From positions 1 to 49,323 of the forward strand of contig JAJYWS010000023.1 of NCBI GenBank assembly GCA_021791335.1: a stretch of DNA of 49,323 nucleotides, written 5' to 3'. Below the pieces are notes generated by a model that was given only the letters and a program-made list of their open reading frames with translations, searched no databases and was not told the DNA's origin. Origin of the DNA: Thermoplasmata archaeon (GTDB lineage: Archaea > Thermoplasmatota > Thermoplasmata > Lutacidiplasmatales > UBA184). Made by a program: the position numbers and the translations under genes. The first letter of the stretch is position 1, and each line of letters begins with the position of its first letter. Positions 9,074 to 18,044 of the stretch are shown one piece after another.

Positions 9074-9682
9074 TCAGCCGATCGACCCGGCCAGTCCCGA
9101 TACCCCGGCGTAAACGATGGTCCCGGCCCCCACGATGAGGAGGATGATCACGAGGGCACGGTCGAGCGTGCGTCGGGGGATTCGCGCACCGATCCGGGAA
9201 CCGACAAAGCAGGCCAATGCCGCGACCAGAACGAGCGCGGTCGCGCCCGCTCCGAAGACCACCGCCACCCCGAAGTTGGCGACCAGGATGACCTGAAGGA
9301 TCATCGTGGTGTCGCCCAGCTCGAGGAGGAAAATCAGGAGGAACGCTCCCGTCATCGTGGAATGGCTGGTGGGGGCGGGCTCGGGACCCTCGACCCGATC
9401 CAGATGAAGCCAGAGGTACACGGCGTAGGCGATGAGGATCGCCCCGCCCCCGGCGCGGACCTCCTCCAGGTGGTCGGCGCCGAGGAACCCCAGCAGGAGG
9501 GCTCCGATGAATACCGCGATCGCCGAGACCAGCACGAACGCCAGGCTGGCGCCGATCCAGGAGCGCCACGGGTCGTGACGGGCGCTGTAGGCGATCAGGC
9601 TCAGGTTGCTCCGATCGACCAGCTCGAATCCGCCGATCAATCCGAGGACGGTGGCGACTCCGATGAGCTCGGCGAACCCCAA
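9074..9682 (-). CDS. TMEM165/GDT1 (UPF0016) family Ca2+/Mn2+ transporter
   Basis: Two repeats ELVDRS and ELGDTT of the ExGD(K/R)(T/S) motif; 6 TM segments. Confidence 0.8.
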   Translation of the reverse strand: MGFAELIGVATVLGLIGGFELVDRSNLSLIAYSARHDPWRSWIGASLAFVLVSAIAVFIGALLLGFLGADHLEEVRAGGGAILIAYAVYLWLHLDRVEGPEPAPTSHSTMTGAFLLIFLLELGDTTMILQVILVANFGVAVVFGAGATALVLVAALACFVGSRIGARIPRRTLDRALVIILLIVGAGTIVYAGVSGLAGSIG

Positions 9683-9690
9683 GGTTCGTC

Positions 9691-10164
9691 CTAGGGCAGC
9701 TGGGGGAGGAAGTTGGTCACCAGTTCGTCGCAGTACCGGCAGCGCAGCCGGATCGGCCGCTGATGGATGACCTCAAAGGAGCTTTCGACCGGTTCGGCTT
9801 GATTGGTGATGCATTCGAGGTTGGGGCACCGGAGGATCCCGTCGATTCGGTCCGGGAGGGAGACCGGGTGCTTCTCCCGAACGGTATACTCGCGAATGAT
9901 CGATATGGTGGCCGACGGGGCCAGCAGCGCGATGGCGTTCGCGGCACGGTCCGAGATCTCGACGTTCTCGACCTTGAGGATGTCCTTCCACTCCTGCTTC
10001 GCCGATCGGACATGCAGGGCAATGCTGACCGTGGAGTCGCGGCCCAGCCGGCCCCCCCCGACGATCCGGAGCACCTCCAGGGCCAGTCCTTCCGGAATGT
10101 GGTCGATCACCGTTCCGTTGCGGATCGGGGTGATCTTGAGTTCGCGCGCCGGGCCGGATTCCAT
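9691..10164 (-). CDS. pyrI: Aspartate carbamoyltransferase regulatory subunit
   Basis: IRNGTVIDHI, KDILKVEN, CPNLECIT, RCRYC; ATG overlaps the pyrB TGA. Confidence 0.95.
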   Translation of the reverse strand: MESGPARELKITPIRNGTVIDHIPEGLALEVLRIVGGGRLGRDSTVSIALHVRSAKQEWKDILKVENVEISDRAANAIALLAPSATISIIREYTVREKHPVSLPDRIDGILRCPNLECITNQAEPVESSFEVIHQRPIRLRCRYCDELVTNFLPQLP

Positions 10165-11093
10165 CAGCCACCCTCCCCCAGGATCGCCTGGAGCAAGGCC
10201 ATCCGTACCGGAACCCCGAGGAACGCCTGTCGGAAGTAGAGGGCATGCGGGGTGCGGTCGACCTCGGGGGCGATCTCCCCCAAGCGGGGTAGCGGGTGCA
10301 GGACCCGAAGGCCGGGACCGACGGCATCGAGCGTGGTCCGGTCGATCCGGTAGGAGCCCGCCACCTTCCGGTACTCGGTTTCGTCCGGAAACCGTTCCCG
10401 CTGGATCCGGGTCACATACAGGATGTCCGCCCCGGCCAGGGCCCGAGACAACTCCGGCTCCTCCTGGACCCGTGCCCCCAGGGCCCGCAGCCGGTGACGG
10501 GCACTCTCCGGAAGACGGAGGCTCGGAGGCGAGGTGAGGACGATCTCGTTCCCGAAGAGGGCGAGCGCCCAGATCAGTGAGTGGACTGCCCGACCGTACT
10601 TGAGATCCCCGAGGACCACGATCCGAAGTCCGCTCAGAGTGCCGTGGGCTTCGCGGATGGCCGCGAGATCGGTCAACGTCTGGGTCGGGTGCTGGTGGGA
10701 TCCATCCCCGGCATTGATGACCGGCCGGTCGGAGAGATCCGCGGCCAGCCGGGCGGCTCCGCTGTTGGGGTGTCGGAGAACCAAGGCGTCCGAATAGGAA
10801 CTGATCATGCGGATGGTGTCCGAGAGCGTCTCCCCCTTGCGGATCGATGTGGCGGCCGGGTCGGCGATCGTGACACACCGACCCCCGAGCCTCTGGACCG
10901 CGGCCTCGAACGAAAGTCGGGTCCGGGTGGACGGCTCCAGGAAGGCCATGGCGACCAGTTTGCCCTCCAGGGTCCGTGGCGCGGCGGTCCCCTCCGCCGC
11001 GGGGATAAGGCTCCGAGCGGAGTCCAGCAACTCCTCAATGACGGGCCGATCCAGGTCTTCGATGGCGACCAGGTCGCGCCCCGCCAGCCGCAT
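10164..11093 (-). CDS. pyrB: Aspartate carbamoyltransferase catalytic subunit
   Basis: FLEPSTRTRLSFE, INAGDG, HPTQTL, GDLKYGR, LHPLPR. Confidence 0.97.
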   Translation of the reverse strand: MRLAGRDLVAIEDLDRPVIEELLDSARSLIPAAEGTAAPRTLEGKLVAMAFLEPSTRTRLSFEAAVQRLGGRCVTIADPAATSIRKGETLSDTIRMISSYSDALVLRHPNSGAARLAADLSDRPVINAGDGSHQHPTQTLTDLAAIREAHGTLSGLRIVVLGDLKYGRAVHSLIWALALFGNEIVLTSPPSLRLPESARHRLRALGARVQEEPELSRALAGADILYVTRIQRERFPDETEYRKVAGSYRIDRTTLDAVGPGLRVLHPLPRLGEIAPEVDRTPHALYFRQAFLGVPVRMALLQAILGEGG

Positions 11094-11218
11094 CCTACGC
11101 TACGAGGAGTGGCGGGGCATAACGGTTGCGAACCCGTGGGGCACCCCTCGACTCGGGCGGCTCATCGTCGGATCTCCCTCCCGGTGCCCTGGGGGCACCG
11201 GCGCGCCTGCGCCGGTGC

Positions 11219-11528
11219 GGTCCGGTCGCCGTAGTAAGCCCCTTTCGGTTTCAGGCAGCATTCGACTCCGCGCTCTTCTCGGCGGTCAGGGAACCGCTTC
11301 CACCCGCCTTCTCGGGCTTGCTCCCGGGGAGTCGGCCGTTTCACCATATCCTTGAGGAGCCTCCGATCCGGGATCTTCATCGTTCCTCACGGCTGTGTCG
11401 TTTCTGCTCCGTTGCTCGGACTCTCGCCCGTCGGGCTCCCGCCCGACCCCGTGGTTCCTGGAGAGGGGACTTTCCTCAGCGTCGGCCCCGTGGGACCTCC
11501 ACCGTCAGCTGCCCTCGGCCTCCGGACC
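11219..11528 (-). ncRNA. rnpB: Archaeal RNase P RNA
   Basis: Minus strand carries GAGGAAAGTCCCCT (CR-I), GCAGAAAC, TGAAACGGCC, GAGCAAG and 3' AACCGAAAGGGGCTTACT; P1 GGTCCGG/CCGGACC and P2 GGCAGC/GCTGCC can pair. Confidence 0.95.
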
Positions 11529-11609
11529 AAGGGCGAAGATGCGCGGCGCCCTAAAGGCTTCCCCCCTGGACGGCGGAAAGGGGATAGGGGCGGGGGGCGT
11601 GGGCGGAGC

Positions 11610-12314
11610 GTGCCCGCGCTTCCCGGAACCCCCTCGCCCGCTCGCCCTTCTTCGGAGTTCTCCCTCATCCCGTGCCTCCTTCTTCTCAACGGGCAGGTCA
11701 TGGTCCCCGGGGAGCAGGGTCCGACCGTGGCCCGGACGGCCGAGGGCGAGCCCATCGACCCGTTCGATCTGGTCGATCGACTGCCCCCCAAGTCCCCGCT
11801 CTATGTGGTCGACCTCAATGGGGTCGAACGAGGCGACCCCCAGGTGGAGTATCTTCAGGAGCTGGCGCGGGACCTCGAGCTGTGGGTCGACGCCGGGGTA
11901 CGAACCGCGGATCAGTCGATCGACATCTTTGTCGCGGGGGCGACCCGCGTCGTGCTATCGAGCGTCCAGCTCCACGGTCCCGAAGAACTCGAGCGCGCCT
12001 GGAAGCTGTCCCCTTCGATCCTGTTTGAGGTGGAGTGGAGCGACCAGGGACTCAGCCCGGTCCACCCCGACTGGGGGTCCCGAGGCATTCCGGACCTGGT
12101 GACCCGGGTTCGGGAGGTCGCCCCGATCGATGTGATTCTCAGCCCGCGGAACACGGCCATCGACTGGGGTCTCGTACGTGAGCTCAGTTCGGGCGGCACC
12201 GTCTATCTGGACGGGGTGTTCGAACGCACCGACGCCGAGCGCCTCAAAGCGGCCGGGGGGCAGGTCGGGATCTACCACTGGACGGAGGAGGAGATGCGGG
12301 CGAACTCTGCGTAG
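11610..12314 (+). CDS. HisA/HisF-like TIM-barrel protein, divergent
   Basis: LIPCLLLLNGQV, LYVVDLNG, LWVDAGVRT, AGATRVVL; GTG 11610 chosen because the upstream part of the ORF overlaps rnpB. Confidence 0.7.
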   Translation: MPALPGTPSPARPSSEFSLIPCLLLLNGQVMVPGEQGPTVARTAEGEPIDPFDLVDRLPPKSPLYVVDLNGVERGDPQVEYLQELARDLELWVDAGVRTADQSIDIFVAGATRVVLSSVQLHGPEELERAWKLSPSILFEVEWSDQGLSPVHPDWGSRGIPDLVTRVREVAPIDVILSPRNTAIDWGLVRELSSGGTVYLDGVFERTDAERLKAAGGQVGIYHWTEEEMRANSA

Positions 12315-12334
12315 GCGGAGGGCCCGGTCGAAGC

Positions 12335-12401
12335 CGGCGTACGATGATGAAACCTAGAACCAGCTGACACATGATGAATGATGGGCGAGCTGAGTACGCC
12401 G
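12335..12401 (+). ncRNA. C/D box methylation guide sRNA
   Basis: Box C ATGATGA 12344-12350, D' CTGA 12364-12367, C' ATGATGA 12371-12377, D CTGA 12390-12393; 13- and 12-nt guides; perfect 8-bp terminal stem CGGCGTAC/GTACGCCG. Confidence 0.93.
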
Positions 12402-12549
12402 AGCACGGCCGCGCTTGCGGGGCGGGGGCCCGGGGGCCCTTCGGGGGCGAATCTTGAAGTAGGAGGGAACCGATGTCGGGGACGAGGCCGGCCGGAACGG
12501 GTTCGAGCCCCGATCCGCAAGGCGGTCATCCAAGGAGAGGAGTCCCACC

Positions 12550-13128
12550 ATGGCCCGAAGTCCCCAGCAGTATACCGAGAGCTACGTCCAGCAGACCGTC
12601 CACTCTGTTCAGGCGCCCTATCTGGCGGAAGGCATCGCGACCTTGGTCGAGGTGTTTTCGAAGGCCCGGGCGGCCGGAAAGACGCTCTACTTCTTCGGGA
12701 ACGGCGGGAGCGCCTCCACCAGCAGCCACATGGCCAATGACCTGGCCAAGCTCACGATTGTCGGAAACAACCGCCGATTCCGCTGTGTGTCCCTTTCGGA
12801 CCCGATCCCCACGATGCTGGCCTGGGCGAACGACCTGAGCTACGCCGAGATCTTTGCGGAGCAGATCAAGAACCTGGGCACCCCGGGGGATGTGGCTCTC
12901 GGCATCTCCGGCAGCGGCAACTCCCCGAACGTGCTGCGGGGACTGGAGGAAGCTCGCAAGCTCGGCATGGTGACGGTCGGGCTGATTGGGACGGGCGGCG
13001 GCAAGATGAAGGCCCTGTGCGACCACTCGGTGGTGGTCCCCTCGAACGACATGCAGCATATCGAAGACGCCCACCTGGTCGTCTGCCACCTTCTCTGCGC
13101 GTACTTCCGGGACGAGCGCCCGGTCTGA
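12550..13128 (+). CDS. gmhA: SIS-domain phosphoheptose isomerase-like protein
   Basis: FGNGGSAS, ANDLSY, ISGSGNSPN, IEDAH; GAGGAG RBS. Confidence 0.85.
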   Translation: MARSPQQYTESYVQQTVHSVQAPYLAEGIATLVEVFSKARAAGKTLYFFGNGGSASTSSHMANDLAKLTIVGNNRRFRCVSLSDPIPTMLAWANDLSYAEIFAEQIKNLGTPGDVALGISGSGNSPNVLRGLEEARKLGMVTVGLIGTGGGKMKALCDHSVVVPSNDMQHIEDAHLVVCHLLCAYFRDERPV

Positions 13129-13141
13129 CCGGCCGGCGCCG

Positions 13142-13741
13142 GTGGAGTCCCGGACGGTCACCGATGACCGTCGTGGATCTGGCAACCCGCCGCTCCGGCT
13201 TCAGGGTGGCTGGGAGGTCGACCGGACCTCCCCGGGGGGGCGTTGGGTGCTGCTGAACCGTGGGGAGACGATGCTGGCGCAGCAGCCGGGCTACCTGCTC
13301 GACGCACCCGGCACGCAGTACGGGACCTTCTATTTGACCGACCGTCGTGTCCTGTTTGAGATCCAAGGTCGGGGGGTCGTTTCGGCTTCCGAGGTTCGGA
13401 TCGCCTTCCTGATCCCCCTGCCGCTCCTGAGAAACGTGGCCGTAGGGCGGCCCCGCCTCGGAAGCCCGGTCCTTCACCTGGAGGGACCCTATGGCCAGTG
13501 GAAACTCCGGCTCCAGGACCCTGACGCCCTCTCCTTGGCGATCATCGCCGCCCGGGAGAAACTCCCCGATCTCCCCCCACCGCCCCCTCCGGGTCCTGCG
13601 CTCCCGCGGCCGGAGGCCCCAGGAGTCCCTCCGCCCCCGCCTTCACCCGCGGCCCCGGCCGTCGTCTTCCGCTGCCGATATTGCGGCGGGCTGAGCCCAC
13701 CCTCCGAGACCAAGTGCCGCTCCTGCGGAGCGCCGATCTAA
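13142..13741 (+). CDS. Hypothetical protein: PH/GRAM-like domain, Pro-rich linker, C-terminal Zn ribbon
   Basis: GTFYLTDRRVLFE; poly-Pro tract; CRYCG...KCRSCGA. Confidence 0.65.
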   Translation: MESRTVTDDRRGSGNPPLRLQGGWEVDRTSPGGRWVLLNRGETMLAQQPGYLLDAPGTQYGTFYLTDRRVLFEIQGRGVVSASEVRIAFLIPLPLLRNVAVGRPRLGSPVLHLEGPYGQWKLRLQDPDALSLAIIAAREKLPDLPPPPPPGPALPRPEAPGVPPPPPSPAAPAVVFRCRYCGGLSPPSETKCRSCGAPI

Positions 13742-13804
13742 GCGCCCCCCGCGTCGGACCCGGAGCCCCAAACCTTTAGGCGAGGCAGGGCTGGCTTCCT
13801 TCGG

Positions 13805-15721
13805 ATGCCGGATCCGGTGCGCATTGCCCTGACCCTTCCGGACGGACAACAGTTCGAGGTGCCGCCCGGGACCTCCGCGTCAGAGGTCCTTCGCCTCTGG
13901 AACCCGACCCTCTCCGGCTCGGTGTTGGCGGCGATCTACCAGGACCGGCCGATCGATCTCGCTACCCCGCTCGACCGGTCGGGGAGCCTTCGACCGCTGA
14001 CCTTCGAGGATCGTGCCGGCCGGGACATCCTCCAGCACTCGTCGGCCCACCTCGTCGCCAAAGCCCTTCTGGAGACCGTGCCTTCCGCCCTACCCACCCA
14101 CGGCCCCCCTACCGACGAGGGGTTCTTTTACGACTTCGATGTCCGTCCGCTGACGGCCGATGATCTGGAGGCCATCCGGACACGAATCCAGGAGGCCATC
14201 CACCTGAAGGAGCCGTTCGTCCGTCGGGAACTGCCGATCGACGAAGCCCGGCGGCTGTTCGCGGCCAATCCCCACAAGCTCCGCTACCTTGCCGATACGC
14301 CGGACCCCGTCGTTTCGGTCTATTCCACCGGTTCGTTCGTCGACCTGTGCCGGGGGCCCCACGTTCCCGACACGAGCTGGCTCGCTGGGCTCCACCTTCT
14401 GGGCGTGTCGGCCGTCCACGACGGCGGCCGGGAGGATGGCCCGATGCTCCAGAGGATCCGAGGCGTCGGCTTTCCGACCGTGGCCCTGCGCGACCAGTAC
14501 CTCCGGCAGCGTCAGGAGGCGGAGGCCCGGGACCATCGGGGACTCGCCCAGCGTCTGGAGCTCGCGTTGTTCCTCGAGGAGGTGCCCGGCTTCCCCATCT
14601 GGCTGCCCCGGGGGATGGTCGTGGTCCGGGAGTTGGAGCGGTACGTGACCGAGCATCTCGCGGCGGCCGGCTATTCCGAGGTCCGGACGCCCCTCATGTT
14701 CCCCCAATCGGTCTTCGAGACGAGCGGCCACTGGGAGCATTACCGGGAGAACATCTTCCTCTCCACGGTCGACGACCGGGTCTTCGGCTGGAAGCCGATG
14801 AACTGCCCGGGGTCGATGCTGATCTTCCGTTCTCGGAGCCGAAGCTACCGGGAGCTGCCGCTGCGCTGGGCCGAGTTCGCGCCCCTGCACCGGCGTGAGG
14901 CCAGCGGTACCCTGCATGGGCTCACCCGGGTCCGCGAGTTCGTCCAGGACGACGCCCATCTGTTCGTGACCGAAGACCAGATCGAGCCGGAGATCCGGAC
15001 CCTCCTCGAGTGGGTGCGCAGTGCGTTCACCACCTTCCGTTTCGAGTGGAGCTACGAGCTCTCGACCCGCCCTCCGGGAGCCCTGGGCGACGTCGCCCAG
15101 TGGACGGCCGCCGAAAATACGCTTCGGCGGCTCCTTGAGGAGGCCAATGTGCCGTACCGGATCTCGCCCGGCGAAGGCGCGTTCTACGGACCCAAGATCG
15201 ACATCCACCTCAAGGACAGCCTCGGCCGCCCCTGGCAGACCGGTACGATCCAGTTGGACTACCAGACCCCGAAGCGGTTCGGGCTGGAATACCAAGGGGC
15301 CGACGGACAGATGCATACCCCGGTGGTCATCCACCGGACGATCCTGGGGTCGTGGGAACGGTTCATCGGCGTCCTGCTGGAACACACCAGCGGCCGACTG
15401 CCCCCCTGGCTCTCCCCGGTCCAGGTCCGGGTCCTGCCCATCGCCGAGGCGCATTCGGCGGCCGCCCAGGCATTCCTGGAGGGGCTCCGGCAGCGGGGGA
15501 TCCGGGTCGACCGCTCGGAGAGCACCGAGAGTCTGCCCAAGCGGATCCGGTCGGCCGAGATCGAACGGATCCCGTACATCGCGGTCTTCGGGGACCGCGA
15601 AGCGCAGGACGCTACGGTGGCCCTTCGGATCCGGGGGACCAAGGGTTCCCTCGTCGTGCCGGTCGCCGAAGGGATCGCGCGCATCGAGGGCGCCATCCGA
15701 AGCCGCTCCTTCGATCCCTGA
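13805..15721 (+). CDS. thrS: Threonine--tRNA ligase (bacterial type with TGS and editing domains)
   Basis: HSSAH, DLCRGPH, RDHR, KPMNCP, GLTRVREFVQDDAH, GAFYGPKID, IHRTILGSWERF. Confidence 0.97.
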   Translation: MPDPVRIALTLPDGQQFEVPPGTSASEVLRLWNPTLSGSVLAAIYQDRPIDLATPLDRSGSLRPLTFEDRAGRDILQHSSAHLVAKALLETVPSALPTHGPPTDEGFFYDFDVRPLTADDLEAIRTRIQEAIHLKEPFVRRELPIDEARRLFAANPHKLRYLADTPDPVVSVYSTGSFVDLCRGPHVPDTSWLAGLHLLGVSAVHDGGREDGPMLQRIRGVGFPTVALRDQYLRQRQEAEARDHRGLAQRLELALFLEEVPGFPIWLPRGMVVVRELERYVTEHLAAAGYSEVRTPLMFPQSVFETSGHWEHYRENIFLSTVDDRVFGWKPMNCPGSMLIFRSRSRSYRELPLRWAEFAPLHRREASGTLHGLTRVREFVQDDAHLFVTEDQIEPEIRTLLEWVRSAFTTFRFEWSYELSTRPPGALGDVAQWTAAENTLRRLLEEANVPYRISPGEGAFYGPKIDIHLKDSLGRPWQTGTIQLDYQTPKRFGLEYQGADGQMHTPVVIHRTILGSWERFIGVLLEHTSGRLPPWLSPVQVRVLPIAEAHSAAAQAFLEGLRQRGIRVDRSESTESLPKRIRSAEIERIPYIAVFGDREAQDATVALRIRGTKGSLVVPVAEGIARIEGAIRSRSFDP

Positions 15722-15822
15722 CGGGTGGCGATCGGCGGCCGCGCCGAAGGGAGCCGCCGAGGGCGCGGGGTAAGACTTAATAGGGTATCGGGTTGCCGCG
15801 TCCCACCATTTCGGGGGATACC

Positions 15823-17937
15823 GTGGGGATTTCGACGACTCAACTGGAGCTCTTGATTTTTTTGGCCGCGGCCCTGGCCCTGGTCTACGCCGCGCTGCAG
15901 ACGGTCCTCGTACTCCGGCAGGACGACGGCGACGAGAAGATGCGGGGCATCGCGCAGGCGATCCGGGAGGGGGCGGTGGCCTTCCTCCGCCGCGAGTATA
16001 CCGTCGTCTTTGCCGTCGCTGCCGTTCTGGCGGTCGTGATCGCGCTGGCCTTCGGGATCACGGGGGTCGGCACCCCCTACGCGGTGGGCTTCGTCTTCGG
16101 GGCCGCCGGGAGCGCCCTGGCGGGCGCGGTCGGCATGCTGGTCAGCGTCCGGGCGAACGTCCGGACGGCCGCCAAGGCCCGGGGCGGCGACCTGGCCGGA
16201 ACGATGCGGTTTGCCTTCCAAGGCGGGACCGTCACCGGCCTCAGCGTGGCCGGCCTCGCCCTTCTCGAGCTCATCGGATTCTACGTGCTGTTCCAAGGCA
16301 ATGTGCTGAACATGATCGGCCTCCTGTTCGGCGCCTCGCTCATGAGCCTTTTCGCCCGGGTGGGCGGGGGCATCTACACCAAGGGCGCGGATGTCGGAAC
16401 CGATCTCATCGGCAAGGTGGAAACCGGGATCCCGGAGGACGACCCCCGCAACCCCGGCGTGATTGCCGACAATGTGGGCGACAATGTCGGGGACTGCGCG
16501 GGCATGGCCGCCGACCTGTTCGAGACCTACGTGGTCACCGCCGTCAGCGCGATGCTGCTGGCCTACCTCATCTCGAGCGTTACCACGCTGTTCCCGAACG
16601 CGATCCTCTTCCCGCTCGTCATCTGCGGCTGGGCGATCGTCGCGACCCTGATCGGGATCGTGTTCGTTCGGATGCGGCCGGGCGGTTCCATCATGGGCGC
16701 CCTGTACCAGGGGCTCGCCGCCACCACGATCGTCGGCGTCGTGGGACTGTATGTGTTGAACTACTATCTGATGAACGGCAATTCGGGCATCTTCATCGCC
16801 GCGGTCGTCGGGCTTGTGGTGATGGTTCTGATCGTGCTCGCGACCGACTACTACACGAACGCGAGATTCTCGCCCACCCGGCACATCGCCGAGTCGGCCC
16901 AGGCGGGTGCGGGAACCACGGTGATCGCGGGGCTCGGCGTCGGGCTCGAAGCCTCCTGGATCAAGGGGCTCTCGATCGTCGGGGGCGTGCTCATCGCCTA
17001 CACCGCGGTCGGCTGGAACGGCTGGACGACCGCTCCGGACCCCTCCCTCGGACTCTACGGCATCGGCATCGCGGCGGCGAGCATGCTCGCGGTCACGGGC
17101 ATGATCATCTCCATCGATGCCTTCGGGCCGATTACCGACAACGCCGGCGGGATCGCCGAGATGGCGGGACTCCCCAAGGAGGCCCGGGACGTCACCGACC
17201 CGCTCGATGCGGTGGGCAACACGACCAAGGCGGTCACGAAGGGCTACGCGGTCGGATCCGCGGTGCTGGCGGCATTGGCCCTGTTCGCCGCCTACACCTT
17301 CGCGGCCGCTCGGGCCTGGAAGGGGACCGGCCTCCTCAACTGGAACCTCTTCACCAGCCAACTCACGCTCAACCAGCCGCTGGTCGTCGCCGGGTTGATC
17401 GTCGGGGCGCTCCTGCCGTTCTTCTTCACCTCCTTCCTCATGAACGCGGTCGGCGTCGCAGCTCAGGCGATCGTTTTCGAGGTGCGCCGCCAGTTCAAGG
17501 AGATCGGAGGGATTCTGGAGGGCACCGGCAAGCCGGACTACGGCCGCTGCGTCGACATCGTCACCCTGACCGCGATCCAGCAGCTCGCGGTTCCCGCCCT
17601 GATCGCGGTGGCCACGCCGCTCGCGGTCGGGTTCCTCCTCGGACCGGTCGCTCTGGCCGCACTCTTGCTCGGCGTCATCCTCTCCGGCTTCCCCCTGGCC
17701 ATCCTGATGACCACGGGCGGCGCCGCTTGGGACAACGGCAAAAAGTACATCGAGCTGGGTCACTTCGGCGGCAAGCACTCGGAGGCCCACAAGGCGGCCG
17801 TGGTGGGCGACACCGTTGGGGACGCGACCAAGGACACTGCGGGGCCGGCGATCAACCCTCTCATCAAGGTCGTGAACACGATCTCGATCCTGTTCATCGC
17901 CCTGATCGTCGCGCACTCCCTGATTCCCATCCCCTGA
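15823..17937 (+). CDS. hppA: Membrane-bound H+-translocating pyrophosphatase, K+-independent signature
   Basis: GGGIYTKGADVG, PEDDPRNP, DNVGDNVGD, DAVGNTTKA (Lys form), GGAWDN, GDTVGD; start GTG 15823 or TTG 15793. Confidence 0.95.
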   Translation: MGISTTQLELLIFLAAALALVYAALQTVLVLRQDDGDEKMRGIAQAIREGAVAFLRREYTVVFAVAAVLAVVIALAFGITGVGTPYAVGFVFGAAGSALAGAVGMLVSVRANVRTAAKARGGDLAGTMRFAFQGGTVTGLSVAGLALLELIGFYVLFQGNVLNMIGLLFGASLMSLFARVGGGIYTKGADVGTDLIGKVETGIPEDDPRNPGVIADNVGDNVGDCAGMAADLFETYVVTAVSAMLLAYLISSVTTLFPNAILFPLVICGWAIVATLIGIVFVRMRPGGSIMGALYQGLAATTIVGVVGLYVLNYYLMNGNSGIFIAAVVGLVVMVLIVLATDYYTNARFSPTRHIAESAQAGAGTTVIAGLGVGLEASWIKGLSIVGGVLIAYTAVGWNGWTTAPDPSLGLYGIGIAAASMLAVTGMIISIDAFGPITDNAGGIAEMAGLPKEARDVTDPLDAVGNTTKAVTKGYAVGSAVLAALALFAAYTFAAARAWKGTGLLNWNLFTSQLTLNQPLVVAGLIVGALLPFFFTSFLMNAVGVAAQAIVFEVRRQFKEIGGILEGTGKPDYGRCVDIVTLTAIQQLAVPALIAVATPLAVGFLLGPVALAALLLGVILSGFPLAILMTTGGAAWDNGKKYIELGHFGGKHSEAHKAAVVGDTVGDATKDTAGPAINPLIKVVNTISILFIALIVAHSLIPIP

Positions 17938-18002
17938 GGTGAGGATCGACCGCAATCTATTTGGGGCCCGGGATCCCTGTCTTCACCGGGAGGGGATAGT
18001 CG

Positions 18003-18044
18003 ATGTGCGACACCTGCGGTTGCAAGTCCAAGAAGAAGCCGTAA
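18003..18044 (+). CDS. Putative 13-aa Cys-rich micropeptide MCDTCGCKSKKKP
   Basis: ATG TGC GAC ACC TGC GGT TGC AAG TCC AAG AAG AAG CCG TAA; GGAGG 9 nt upstream; TATA-like AATCTATTT at ~17954-17962; codon usage typical of the genome. Confidence 0.55.
   Translation: MCDTCGCKSKKKP

Noticed and set aside
10165-10878. Long N-terminal extension of the pyrI ORF (395 aa), and similar extensions of rfcL (to 46577), moeZ (from 32050) and cysM (from 30843)
   Set aside because: The extensions overlap neighbouring genes in another frame; downstream starts fit family lengths and translational coupling
12495-12512. GGGTTCGAGCCC resembling a tRNA T-arm
   Set aside because: No matching acceptor stem, D-arm or anticodon arm could be built
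15259-17955. 898-aa antisense ORF over hppA, and other long antisense or alternate-frame ORFs (e.g. 23091-24851, 26616-28220, 32380-34092, 38708-40438)
   Set aside because: Shadow ORFs expected in ~70% GC DNA opposite well-conserved genes; no recognisable motifs
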